A DNA stretch of 64,000 nt from Podospora anserina (lineage: Eukaryota): NCBI GenBank assembly GCA_017654855.1, contig CM030334.1:558001-622000 (forward strand), given 5' to 3'. A model generated the notes under the pieces. It searched no databases, was not told the DNA's origin, and saw only the letters and a list, made by a program, of their open reading frames with translations. The first letter of the stretch is position 1, and the number at the start of each line of letters is the position of its first letter. The position numbers and the translations under genes are program-made. Below are positions 38,125 to 49,833 of the stretch, one piece after another.

Positions 38125-38207
38125 GCCTGAGTGGAGTAGTAGTTAACTCGTCGCCCTTCCAAATCTGGAGCAAGGCGGAAACTCGGGTGCAAATCCCGGC
38201 TCTGGCA
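38125..38207 (+). tRNA. tRNA-Gly(TCC) with an 11-nt intron (38162-38172)
   Basis: Cloverleaf: acceptor GCCTGAG/CTCTGGC+A, D stem GAGT/ACTC, anticodon stem TCGCC/GGCGG with loop CT-TCC-A[intron]A, T stem TCGGG/CCCGG. The intron contains TGGA, complementary to the anticodon. T-runs downstream resemble a Pol III terminator. Confidence 0.85.
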
Positions 38208-38424
38208 GTTCTTTTTGCTTTCGGTTTTTCTTTTCTTTGCTATTTATAGTTGTTCAATTTTTTTCTATAAATTAGCAAGGCCAGGTACGACCACCAAGGC
38301 CACGTGTGACCACCACTGTCATGTTGTTTCTGAGCCAACTATGAAGTTTTCAGCATGAACATTATGCTGCTACCTCCAAATGTCTGCAGCTTCCGTGGGT
38401 ATACACACCTCAAGAAGTTTCCTC

Positions 38425-40117
38425 TCAGGGCCGTGATGTAACCGCTCTTTCCTTTTCCTCCTCTTTGAGCTTCCGCACTCTTCTCTCCTCTCGCCATCCA
38501 GGGCCCCATTTGGCCAAGACCCAGAGGATAGGAGAAAATAACACGAGAACTAGTCCCCAGAAAGTAAATGTCCATCCTCTCCCCATAGCCCTCAGCATGT
38601 ACTCGATCACGGCCGTTCCACCAGCGCCAAAGAGACACCTGACGAGATTCATGGCCGCTACGGCGGTGGCGGGAGCTTCAGGGTACAAGTCCACAAGAAG
38701 AGTATTGAGTATCGAGAAGGACCCTGTCACACAGAGGCCGATTAGGAAGACTAGTGCCAGTGGTCCTGCAACATGGGTTTCGAAGTGAAGTACCCAGCCA
38801 TAGCAGATTACAGCCGCTACTCCGGCGAAAAGGAATGGGGAAGCTGGTAGTATGCGAGCCTTTTCTATCGGAAAATTCGAAAGATCGTCGCCACGCTTGT
38901 AGTCAATGGTGAAGCCTATCTTGCGGGCTATTCGGCGGTAGTTGTGGTCCAGAATGTACCCCTGCATGACAGCGGCAAAGCAGCATCCGACTCCATAGGG
39001 CAGGTAGCATAGACCGAGCTGAAGGTCACTGTAGTGATAGATAGCTTCAAGCTCGGTAGACAGTGTTGCCGCAATGAGAATGAACACCAAGTAGGTCAAG
39101 GTGCCGTAAAACAGAAGAAGGGCGAGGTCCTTTTCGAAGGCCACCTTGAGTGTATTAAACGGGTTCGGAAAGCGCAGCTTTTGCTTGGTGCGGGCGCCAC
39201 CCAATGATTCCCCATTGCGCTTCCGGCGGCGAGCACGACACAGGTCGACGGCCGTCATGTTCCACCAGCTCTGGGCTGGAATTGAACCATTGCCCACCAC
39301 GTTTCTGCATGTCTCAGGCACCGTCAGGGCGTACGGTACGAGCCAGACCGCGGCGTAAATCATACAGAACCAGAATATAGCTGGCCAGCCGAGGTACTCG
39401 GCAAGGAGACCTCCAAATACCGGGCTCAGGGCAGGACCAATATTGATGCCGGCGCCAACAATTCCCATGTATTTACCCCTCTCGGCACTGACTGCAACGT
39501 CCGCAATCACAGCAAAGCTAAGAGCTACTGTCCCACTGCTGCCTGCACTCTGAACCATCCTCAAGACCAGAAGCGCGGCAAAGTTCTTCTGCAGAGCTAG
39601 GCCGAGGTTGGCAAAGATGTAGATGACGAAGCATATCAAAAAGGCCGGTCTTCTGCCAGCGGCATCTGCTAGGTCGCCAACAAGTGTGGGGGCGATGGCT
39701 TGAAAGATCATGTAGGTGGTCAGGGTGAGATTGATCATACTGACCGAGACGTCAAGATCCCGAGCTATAGGCACCAGAGCCGGAAAGTATATATTTGCTG
39801 TCATTCTTTCTCGGAGGTTAGCTAAGCAAGCACTTGTATCGGATTTCTCACCAACTCGGAGGCAGTGTGGTGGTGACTTACGGTGAGACGAAGCTGGAGA
39901 AAGCGATCATGGTCACGATCCATCGTTTCGTACTTTTGGAGAAGACACTATAAGCTGGACCGCTGGGTACTTGAGCCAATGCTTCTGGATCTGAATCAGA
40001 TGTGGTGTCGTTGATGTTGCTCGAGCTGTTGTCTGCTGGCCGGCCATCACCGGCATCTTCGGCATCGTATTTTTGACTCTCTCGTTGGAGCGGCGGATCT
40101 TGATGAGGGTCCATCAT
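38425..40117 (-). CDS. MFS drug:H+ antiporter, DHA1/QDR type (intron 39881-39806)
   Basis: YSVFSKSTKRWIV...SP-MTANIYFPAL, GDLADAAGRRP, ERGKYMG, PETCRNVVGNGS, FPIEKAR; about 12 TM segments. Confidence 0.9.
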
Positions 40118-40967
40118 GCTCGGTAGGGTAGGCCTCACGGGGGTAATGTGAAGATAAGATGAGATGGACAGTCAAGAAACATGGAGGATGAGAGGAATTA
40201 CATTAAGTAATGAATCACGCTCCACCGCTGCCTTCACTACCTACTCAACGCGATCAGCCGGCCTTGCAGGACGGCGGCAAACCAGAAGAGGTTAAACGGT
40301 GCCTGCGCACAATCGGTCGCCTTGCAGGAGATAGTCCCTGGACCCAACTTTTGTCGGATAAGGGCGTGGAAGAAGGAAGGCCTTGTTATTCCCGAAGCTT
40401 GGTAATGGCAAAGATGGTAACAAAGATGAGCCTCGAAAGAGGAAAACTGTAAGTGAGGCGGACTGCGGCTTCGGGCCCACATGGCAGGGAGGATGCTAAG
40501 CTTCTAGTTCATCAAGTTGGAAGGATGTGCCTCGAGCCGTGGGTACTCCGCCGGCCCCGGCACCGAAGACCGCCACCCAGGAGAAAGTCGTATACCCATC
40601 ACTGTCGTCATTGAGATCTCATTGGGGACCATATGACTACAAACAATGGAAAAGCGGTCACGTTCAAGCAAGTAAGTTAATGTGATTGTGGACTCGGGCA
40701 TTACCGAAAACCGGAATGGATGATGGGCCTGTATCTCAAGGTAGTGGTACCTCAACGGGAGCTGAAGAACGCCATGACCAGCCGAATGAGGTCCGAAAAT
40801 CCGGGGTGAAGCCGAATAGTGGGTCAGCAGGCTCGGTTCTTGGCAAGGTTTCGCCCGCCGAGACAGCCAGCAAGCCACAAAGCTTGAGCCAACTCCGTCA
40901 TCTCCCAAACCGCCAAAGCCACGTCAAGCAGTTGCCGGCGATAGCAACAACCCAAACTTTCGTTCAC

Positions 40968-42157
40968 ATGGCCGACCTTACCACAGCGTTCAACGCCCTT
41001 TTGAAGGGCCGAGAGGCTCCTCCAACCAAGCCTTTTAATCTGGATACGGCCGACGAGTTCCTAAAAGAAGCCCACAGGATAGTATGTCTCCGACAACCCT
41101 GAAGCTTGACCCCTGAGCTACTCCTGTTCGTCTCTTTAACACGCAGCCTGAGCATAGAACACCCTTATTGCCCGTCTCCATTCCGAACTGCGCAACCTGA
41201 GACAGGCCTATCTTTCCACCGCCGCCCCGCGCAAGACTCACCTCCGCAATGCCTCCTCCCAGCCTATATTCCTCACCGACCGCGACAGAGAAGAGATCGA
41301 CGCCAACGCCAAGATGACGATTCGAGATCTCAATGCTCGCATCCGCGCGCTCGAGGACGCCGAGAAATTGCGCCAGAGCACGGCGGCAGCGCTTTTAAAG
41401 AAACGGTTCTCCCACGGACTCGGCGCTTTGGGTTCTTGGGCAGCTGGTGGAGCTATGTTGGGCAAGAGCAAGGAGCAGGAGATGGCAGAGGCTGCGGCGC
41501 ATCAGCTGGAAGCCCACAGAGACAGTATCATCTGGTATCTCTCGACACGCTTACGGGAAACCATTCGGACACAGCAGCGCATGATGGAGACTCGCTTGGC
41601 CAGGGAGCTTGAAAAGAACAGGAGTGTGCTAGCCAGGGCCAAAGGCTCTGTGTTGCTGGCCTCTGGAGGGGGCTACACTGCCGAACCAGTTACTGCGGGG
41701 GCAAGGCCGAATGTGCATAATGCCAGTCTAGCTGCTGAAGAGGAGCAAAGGCCGAAGCCACGCCTTGATAACGACCTTACCGAGGATCAGATTCAGATGT
41801 TCGAAAAGGGGAACCAGGATATGCTTAAGCATTATGAAAGCACACTGGATAAAGTCAGGTACGAATCTATCACAGCCGAGGCTTACAGACTCAACTGCAT
41901 GCTGACAGCTGAACAGAACTGCAGAAAAGTCACTCATCGAGATTGCTGAGTTGCAGAACTTACTAGTTGGCAATCTCACTGCTCAGTCGGCTCATATCGA
42001 CCAATTGGTGGCCGAGTCGTTTGACACGACGGAAGGTATTGGGAAAGGCAACAAAGAGCTCAAGAAGAGCACCTCGAGGAGTAGCCCTGCTCGATACACT
42101 TTCTTTGCTGCCACAGGGCTATGTACCGCGCTTGTTCTTTGGGACTTGATAATTTAG
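40968..42157 (+). CDS. UFE1: ER t-SNARE, syntaxin-18/Ufe1 family (exons 40968-41081, 41158-41858, 41917-42157)
   Basis: MADLTTAFN, DEFLKEAHRI, LRQAYLSTAAPRK, SNARE heptads (AEKSLIEIAELQ...GKGNKELKK) and a C-terminal TM anchor. Confidence 0.85.
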
Positions 42158-42252
42158 CCAAATGTATTTCAACTTGACCCCTTGCTTGGAAGGTAAAACC
42201 GAGGACCTGACATTCAATGACCATATCTAATGAAGCAAGAGTGGTGCGACTC

Positions 42253-42288
42253 CTGTCCAGCACACTTCTGTCCAGCACACTTCTATCC
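42253..42288 (+). repeat. 15-bp tandem duplication (about 2.4 copies)
   Basis: ctgtccagcacactt ctgtccagcacactt ctatcc, between the convergent 3' ends of UFE1 and AAT2. Confidence 0.8.
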
Positions 42289-42581
42289 GCAAGTACAAAA
42301 TCATTCATATTCCCAATGCATGTCCGTAATGCTCATGCACTTTTCTTCTCCACCCCAGCGTTCACATGCTTAACCATCTAAAGAATAACCCAAGGTACCC
42401 AAGAGTCTCTCGGAGGTACCATTACAGACAACTGTCAAAACTCGGCCATTGGCCAGAAAAAGCTTTTCGAAAGGAAGAAAACGACGCGAAACAGAACTCC
42501 ATGTCCCACAAACAACCCAGACTGACTGGTTCATTTCGGAGCTGTTTGGGCAAAAGCCTCAACGGACAAACCAAACTCAAC

Positions 42582-44265
42582 TCATGACAAGTCACGCACA
42601 ACCCTGTCAATGGCCTTGGCCACGTACTCGATATTTCTGGTGTTCAGACCAGCCATGCTGATGCGCCCGTTCTTGGTCATGTAAATGTGGAAATCTGACC
42701 TGATCTTCTGGACCTGAGCTTCAGACAGGCCAGTGAAGCTGAACATACCGATCTGGTCGGTGATATGGTTCCACTGGCCAGGCGTGCCCAACTCTTCCAG
42801 CTTGGACCGCAGCGCCTGGCGCATGGCAATAATGCGGCCAGACATGGTGCGGAGGTTCTCTTGCCACTCAGCAAACAGATCCTTGTCGTTCAGCACGATC
42901 GAGGCAATGCGGGCGCCGTAAATCGGCGGGTTACTGATCTCTGACCGCTGCAGAATGGCCAGTTGGGAAGCTACACGGGTGGTGACTTCGGCAGCGTCCG
43001 GTGCTGGAGGGGCCACAAAGTGGAAGCAGCCAGCACGTTCGCCATAGAGACCAAAGTTCTTGGCAAAGGACTGAGCGATGACGAGCTCGAAGCCCTGTTC
43101 GACAAAGTAACGGATAGCACCGGCATCGCGGTCCAAGTCACCCGAAGCAAAACCTTGATAGGCCGTATCAAAGAAAGGGAAGTGCTTCTTGGCCTTCATG
43201 AGCTCAGCAATCTCACGCCATTGCTCGGGAGTGGGGTCAACACCGGTGGGATTGTGAGCACAGGCGTGCAGGAGGATGATGCTGCGGTCCGGGGCATTGG
43301 CGAGGGAGGCCTTCATCCCCTCAAAATCCAGGCCCTTGGTCTTCTTGTCGAAGTAGGGATACTGCTCGATTGGGATGCCGACATTGGTGAAGATCTGGTG
43401 GTGGTTCGCCCAGGTAGGGTTGCTGAGGTAGAGCGTGCGGTTGGCGCCATTCACCTTGTAGAATCTGGCAAGGAAAAGGGCACCCAAGTGGACGGCACCA
43501 GTTCCTGAGATGGTCTGTACAGAAGCTACACGCTTCTCGGCGATGGCGGGAGCTCCGGTGCCCAGTAGTAGCTCGGCCGCTTTGCTGGTAAGCGACGCAA
43601 GACCAGCAATGGGGAGGTATTCGTGGTTCGCTTCGGGGTCGTTGCGTAAAATCTCATCGGCCTGGTTGTTCCGGCTGGTTAGTGACTGGCCGTCTGTTGT
43701 CTAGACTCCTTGGGAGAGACAATGTGGGGGAGAGCTGTGGTTCTTGGGAATAGCGGGGCAGCAGCGCTAAAACCGGGGGCCCTGCTCTGAGCACCCTGCT
43801 GGCTGGCAGGAGAACTCTTCCCGTTGGGAAAAGCCTCCCGCCGTCTCCCCGGCTAAATGTGAAAGCAGCAACGGTGCTACAGCACAACACCACGGGTAGC
43901 AAAATAAGGAAAAGTAACACACCTTCTTGACAACCGGGAGAACCCACGGCTTTGCATTGTCGTCGCGGTACGCACCGATTCCCTAGAGTTGGACGAGTGG
44001 TCAGCTTGCGAGCTGCAAAGACGTGGAGAGGTGTCACACAGCTCTGACGTACGAGATCGACCTTGTCGGGGTTTTGGTCCGCCTTGTATGCCCTCATGAG
44101 GCCAAAGAGAGGGTCTTCGGGGGCCTGAGGCACAGCCTCGGCGGGAAAGTTTGTTATTGATGCGGGAGACATGTGGTTGGCGATGGTCTGAAGTCGGGAG
44201 AGGGAGGTCGAGGTGGAAGTTGATGGGGAGGAGGAGACGGTGAGACTGGGTGCTTTGGACGACAT
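42582..44265 (-). CDS. AAT2: Aspartate aminotransferase, cytosolic/peroxisomal type (exons 44265-44053, 43982-43923, 43661-42582)
   Basis: PEDPLFGL, DL-GIGAYRDD, HACAHNPTGVDP, DTAYQGFASG, PLP-lysine motif SFAKNFGLYGER, GRISMAGL. Confidence 0.96.
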
Positions 44266-45999
44266 TTTGAACGGTTGGAGGGGTGGTGGCTTGCGGTACC
44301 GGTGACAGTGCGACCGCAGTTTTGCGTGGTAGGACTCGGCGGCACAGCCCGCAATTCAATTGCCCGACAGCGGACAGTCAGTCGGTCAGGATCTCTGGTC
44401 CTTACTCGCTTCCAGGTTGCGATGCAGCCACTTTGCTTCTTCCGTCTGATCGGAACAGGGTGACAGTGCGATTCATGCACGACCGTCGTTCGATTCGCCG
44501 TTGTAATCAGGCACTTGCGAGCCTACTTTAGTGTGGGTGCCGGTCTGTGTGATGTGTAACGTTTTGCGAAACGTTGGGGGGGGGGGAGCAGGCTCGTATT
44601 GGCACGGCAAAGATAAGCACAATTAGGGAAAAGATGAATGGTTCAAACAGTCTGGGGAAAAAAGACGATCTGGCCGGGGAGGTGGGCGCTGAAGCTTCTT
44701 TGTAGAAAGTTGTCCGTCAAGGTGCATGTGAAGCTGGACAAACGACCGAGTCCCGCCGAGGCAACTGTCATGGTCATCGGCCCATGATCGTGGTAAAACC
44801 GGTGGACCGTTTCCGTCAACAGCTCGCCGTTGGTGCACACACATGACGGGGAATTCGTCCACCTGGTTTCCACCGGTCTACGCAGTATGTTCGACCCCTT
44901 CCTCTCCAAGACCTCTTAGCCAAGGTGCCCGTTCGAATTACGTGATAGAGAAGCCACGAGACGCCTTGAAACTTCCATGCCAGGATCGAAGCTCCATCCA
45001 AGTTCTACCCTTGATGGCTAGCAGCGGGTTGGCTTCCTTCCAACCAAGGCCTAGTGCCATCTTTCAGGTTGCTAGCTGCTGCAAGGGGGATCATCTTTCC
45101 CGCCCCGCCCGCTTTCTCCAGCTATCGGCTCTTGCGGGAGTTGTGGAGGAACTGGAGAAGAATCAACAAGCACCGGTGCTTGTTGGAGACAAACAGGCGG
45201 TAAGAGCTCAAAAAGGGGTCATCTTGGGCCGGGATGGTGACAGCTCTCGGCCAGGCTCGCTCATGGCGCTATTTTTCAGACGTTGCAGAGCTTTCATTGA
45301 CAGACTGCCTGTCCCTCCTGCAGGGGCTGGTGTTTATCCGACAAATGAAGCAGAGCCTTTTTACCTCATGTTAATCCCTCTCGAGCAGACGACATCTGTG
45401 TGAGTGGAGAAGAAAAAGCAGAAAAAATACGGTCGAGACTCGGGATTGAGGGTTGCACGACAGTAAAAGTCTTCCCCCCGTTGCGACAGATAGGATAACT
45501 GGCCGTTCTTCCGAGATAAGACATATGCAGCTCTCATAGATAGGATCCAACGATACGGATTAAGTTGCGACTGGTTGGCGTTTCATCAGTTGTAGTCCAG
45601 GCCGGCTCAGTCTACCTGGCACCAGGTGTAAGCACATACGATGAGGCATGTAGGTGAAACGGCTTTTGGTGGCGTCACCAAGCCCAAAAAAGCAATGAGC
45701 TGGGGAAAGCTGGACTTCCATAAGGCAGCCAACCAGAAGCCAAGCGCATTCAAGCTGACCGCCTTGTGCGGCTGATAGACCTTGAGTGGGGAAGATATTT
45801 TCTGCCGGGCGGACAAGATTTCGTTCGCTCAACATCCATCGAGTCCGTTCCTGGCGCAGCCTTCTACTCTGTTCAAACCATTCACTCGATCCCTGCCTCC
45901 CAGTCAATCCCGCCGATCCTGATTGTGTCCTTCAAACAGCCCACCAGAAGCCACAACTTAATATTCGAAAGCACCCATCATCATCGTCATCGTTTCAAA

Positions 46000-46894
46000 A
46001 TGGCGTCTCAGGAAAGGAGCATGCCGTTCATCAAAAACTTGGCTTCAAGTGGTTCGTAGCCCCTTCCTTCTGTCAAAGGTAAATAGTGCGGGCGACCTGC
46101 TAATGGCACCAACAGACCGTAAAATCCGAACATCGGCGCTTGCCTCTCTTCATACCTTCCTCTCGTCCCGCCAAATCTCTTCCTCTCTCACCACCCTCGA
46201 CATCCTCAAACTCTGGAAGGGCCTCTTTTTCGCCTTGTGGATGTGTGATCGCGCGATTCCTCAACAAACCCTCTGCGCCGAGCTGGCCAACCTTATCAAT
46301 GTGCTTCCTCGCCATGCTGTCGTCCCCTGGCTGCGCGGCTTCTGGGCGACCATGGCGCGCGAGTGGACAAGCATCGATGTGCTGCGCATGGAAAAGTTCT
46401 TGCTGCTGGTTAGGAGGGTCGTCGCCAGCGGGTTCGAATGGATGAAGAAGGGAGATGAAGGCAAAAAGAAGAAGAGCGGGAAAGAGACTGCTTGGGATAT
46501 GCAAAGGGTGGACAACATTCTTGATCTGTTGAATGAATGGCCCTTTTCCCTTGAAGACGAAGCGCGGGTGGAGCAAGGAACAGAAAAGGAAGAGTTGGTG
46601 CCCCAGACGATACCCGTAGGGTTGAGGCTGCATGTACTGGACATATGGGTGGATGAGGCTGAGAAGGTCGGGCTGTTAGAAGCGGACGATGTCGAGGCAA
46701 GCAAGATCTTACAGCGCCTTATCGATCAAGTGGACGCTTTAGAGCAAGCCACAACGAGACCAGCTGTGCGCATCCGATCTAAAGATTCTCTTGGGGATGA
46801 GCGTCTCCCAGGCAACCGCAAGTCCGCGGTTGAAGAGGATCAAACGACGACAGATGGTGGGGATGGAGGCGACTGGGATGGCTTCGAGGACTAA
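46000..46894 (+). CDS. RRP1: Nucleolar rRNA processing protein Rrp1/Nop52 (intron 46052-46115)
   Basis: MPFIKNLASS-DRKIR, KLWKGLFFALWMCDR and REWTSIDVLRMEKFLLLVRR. Confidence 0.93.
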
Positions 46895-47222
46895 CTTCAT
46901 GGAAATCTAATTATCTGATGGAGCATAAAACGCTTTATGCCAATTTGTTGATTCTTCGTACTTCAAATGCCGCAACATATGCTTGCATCTCACGCCAGAC
47001 CATGTATAGAAAAGAGTACTTTATCCCCGACGTGTGGATCTAATGCCGAAGTGAAGAAAGAAACAAGGAAAACACCTGCCTCGAATCTGCTTAGAAGCTT
47101 GCTCACTCACACCGCTGCCTCCACTTCCATGGGTATATGAAACTCATCTCATCAGTGCCTCCAATTTGTTATCCGAGCCCAACCATAAAAGAAAAAAGAA
47201 AGCTAATCACAACACTACGCTA

Positions 47223-49058
47223 TCACGCCAGTAGCCTTTCACTTGTTGAGACTTTGTCCCAATTGAGGGGACCGGGTGCCTCGAAGCAGCCGTTTTTGGA
47301 CAGTGTCAAGCCCAAGCCTTGATGGATCTCGGCCTGGAACGGCTCAAATGGTCTCGCCTCACCATCAATGCTTAGGTAGCCGCCCTTTCCTGCATTGCGT
47401 GGTATGAGACGGTATGCCGAAATCTTGCGGTAGGTGACCAACGGACTATCGAAGAACTCGCCTGTATCGACCGCCATCTGGAGGCCCACAGACTTGAGTG
47501 GGCTGACATCGCCCTGGGTGATGATGAGATCCATGAGTCCATCATTTGCAAGGGCAGCCGAGAAAAAGTTGGCATCGGGCGCCATGTAGGCCATCTAGAC
47601 ACCCGCAAGGTCAGTTTGAGCTTTCAACATATCACGGGGGCCGCCTATTCAAAACTCACGTTTCCGCAGTAGAAGCTACCAAGTTTTTCATAAGGCACCA
47701 GCTCCCATCCCTCAGGGAGCTTGTCCATGACGGTGCCATACTTGAGTGGTGGGAGGCCCGGGCCACCGTCGTCTACTGCCGCACTCAGGGATGGGGATGA
47801 TGATGTCGTGGGGCACCCATCGGCATCTGTTCCATCGCAGGCTCTGGATTGTCCGCTGCCGTTGCTCGCTTCGACGTCGGTGCTTCCCAGCATGACGCGC
47901 TCCCGGTAATGCCGTTTCACGCTTTCCTTGTGTTCGATTTCAACCTTGACGGCAATATCGCAGGGGTATGTCTTCTTCTGCAGAACCAGCATGAGGAAGC
48001 CAACGGTGAAGCGGGCGGCTCCCATCCAGCGCAAATGCTCGGTTCCCAGGTCCAAGTCGGCAATCACGCCCAGGGCCTGGCTGAGGAAACTGACAAACCG
48101 CTCTTCGCCCTGTGTGATGCTGACCAGGTCCAAAGGGGTGGGGATCCCCTTGATGATGGCCAGCGCCGCCAGGGTCGGCCGGTGAGTGCCGTAGAGGTTG
48201 CAGCTCATTGCATTTCCAGAACCGCAGGGGATGTGGCACACGGCAATCTTGGACAAAGCCCGGCGGGCGTCTGGCCGTTTTGCCAGGCCGTTGAACACCT
48301 CGTGAGGTAGCCCATCACCGGAGCACGGGATCGCAATGTCATAATTGTCGATGTCCAGTACTTGGGCCAGATCCACTGCCTCGCCTGAATATGTTGTCCG
48401 AACGATCGTCATGGGTATACGCGCCGCCTCAAAGATAGGCTTGACCTCCTTGTCCCAGATCTTGTCGGCCCCCCCTGGTCCAGCATGAGGGTTTACCAAG
48501 ACCCAAGCACGCTTACGGCGGACGGCAGTGCCGTAGGCCCGCTTCAGGAGGCTCTCAACCCATTTTATCATATAGTCATCTGTCTGCTCGGCAGTCTGGG
48601 CCGGGACGGCAAATTTTAGGTTGCGAACCATGAGATGATGCGGGCTATCTTCATGAGCATAGTCCACTACGAGCCAACTACGGTCTTCTGAAGTCTCCGC
48701 CCAGAGAATGTTGTAATATGGAATGCTGCTTGGTGTGCCTTTCTTCGTTTCTGGTCATTGGGTTAGCATATGCTGTCTTGTTCAACACTGCTCATCTATC
48801 TGTACCTAGACTGGGTAAACATGATCGGTTGGGTTTGGTTACCAATTGGTCTGCGCCGGTGTCAGCTTTTGATAACTCCCATGTGCCCAAGAGCTTCATT
48901 AACAGTGCGGGCCTACCTGGTATAAGAAGAGACTCGGGCCCAAGAGTGAGTGTAACTCCCGGGGAGAGGACAAGAGCATTGTTCAATTCCTGACCAGCGG
49001 CCTCGACGACTTCCGGGCTTGCTGTCTTGGCTGGATTCGCCATCGCGTCCTGGTCCAT
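47223..49058 (-). CDS. LCB4: Sphingoid long-chain base (sphingosine) kinase, Lcb4/Lcb5 family (exons 49058-48917, 48850-48806, 48750-47660, 47594-47223)
   Basis: DAGK-type motifs VLVNPHAGPG, SGDGLPHEVFNGL, IPCGSGNAM, ADLDLGTEHLRWMG and SIDGE. Confidence 0.92.
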
Positions 49059-49833
49059 CGTGTTGGTTCGCGTTTGTTTGTTCTGGAGATTAAAATATAC
49101 TGCGAAGGCCCGTTTCTCAGCAAAAGACGGCGACCAAAACAATGCGCGGTCCCCAGAAGAGAAAGTGTCGCCAACAACAAAACAGTGCAGCAAGGTAACA
49201 GGGACGGCAACAGACAAAGGGCAATCGTCAGCGGATGATCCTTTCCCCACAGACGTCGGGTGTCGCAAAGGTGATGGTCTCCTCAAACCACCGCCCGCTA
49301 TCAATAACACAACACGGCTGGTGAATAAAGAAGAGGCTACGGGTATGGGGGATCCCAGGCTACAAAGCGGGCCTGTGGTGGGTTTAATCGACTCGCATTT
49401 TCGCAGCGAAAAACCGCCCCGGGTTCAGAATGCGAGGGTTCCATCATTAACAAATCGGGAAGCTCGGAAATTAGCCCAGAGCGCGCCGCCAGCCTGGGTT
49501 GTGTACTGTTCAAGTAGCCACCTACATACGACACAATAATACAGACCCTGTTCTATTTTTCATCTTGATGTATGCATTGTGCTACAAGATAAGTGTCGCT
49601 ATGTCTCATGCAAACCACAACATTCTCACCTGCCCATCTGCAGACAGCAATCAATACTACTGCATGCGTCTGTAATGTCGCTTTTGTTTACCATCAAACT
49701 ACCATGATCAAACCCAGTTGAAGCTACATGGCCCAGTCTACATCAGCGCCCACCGCCGTTGCCCATTTTTACCAATAACTAGTGTTCCAGAAACAACTTT
49801 TCTCGGCCGCTTGGTAGTTTCTACAACCTCTTC

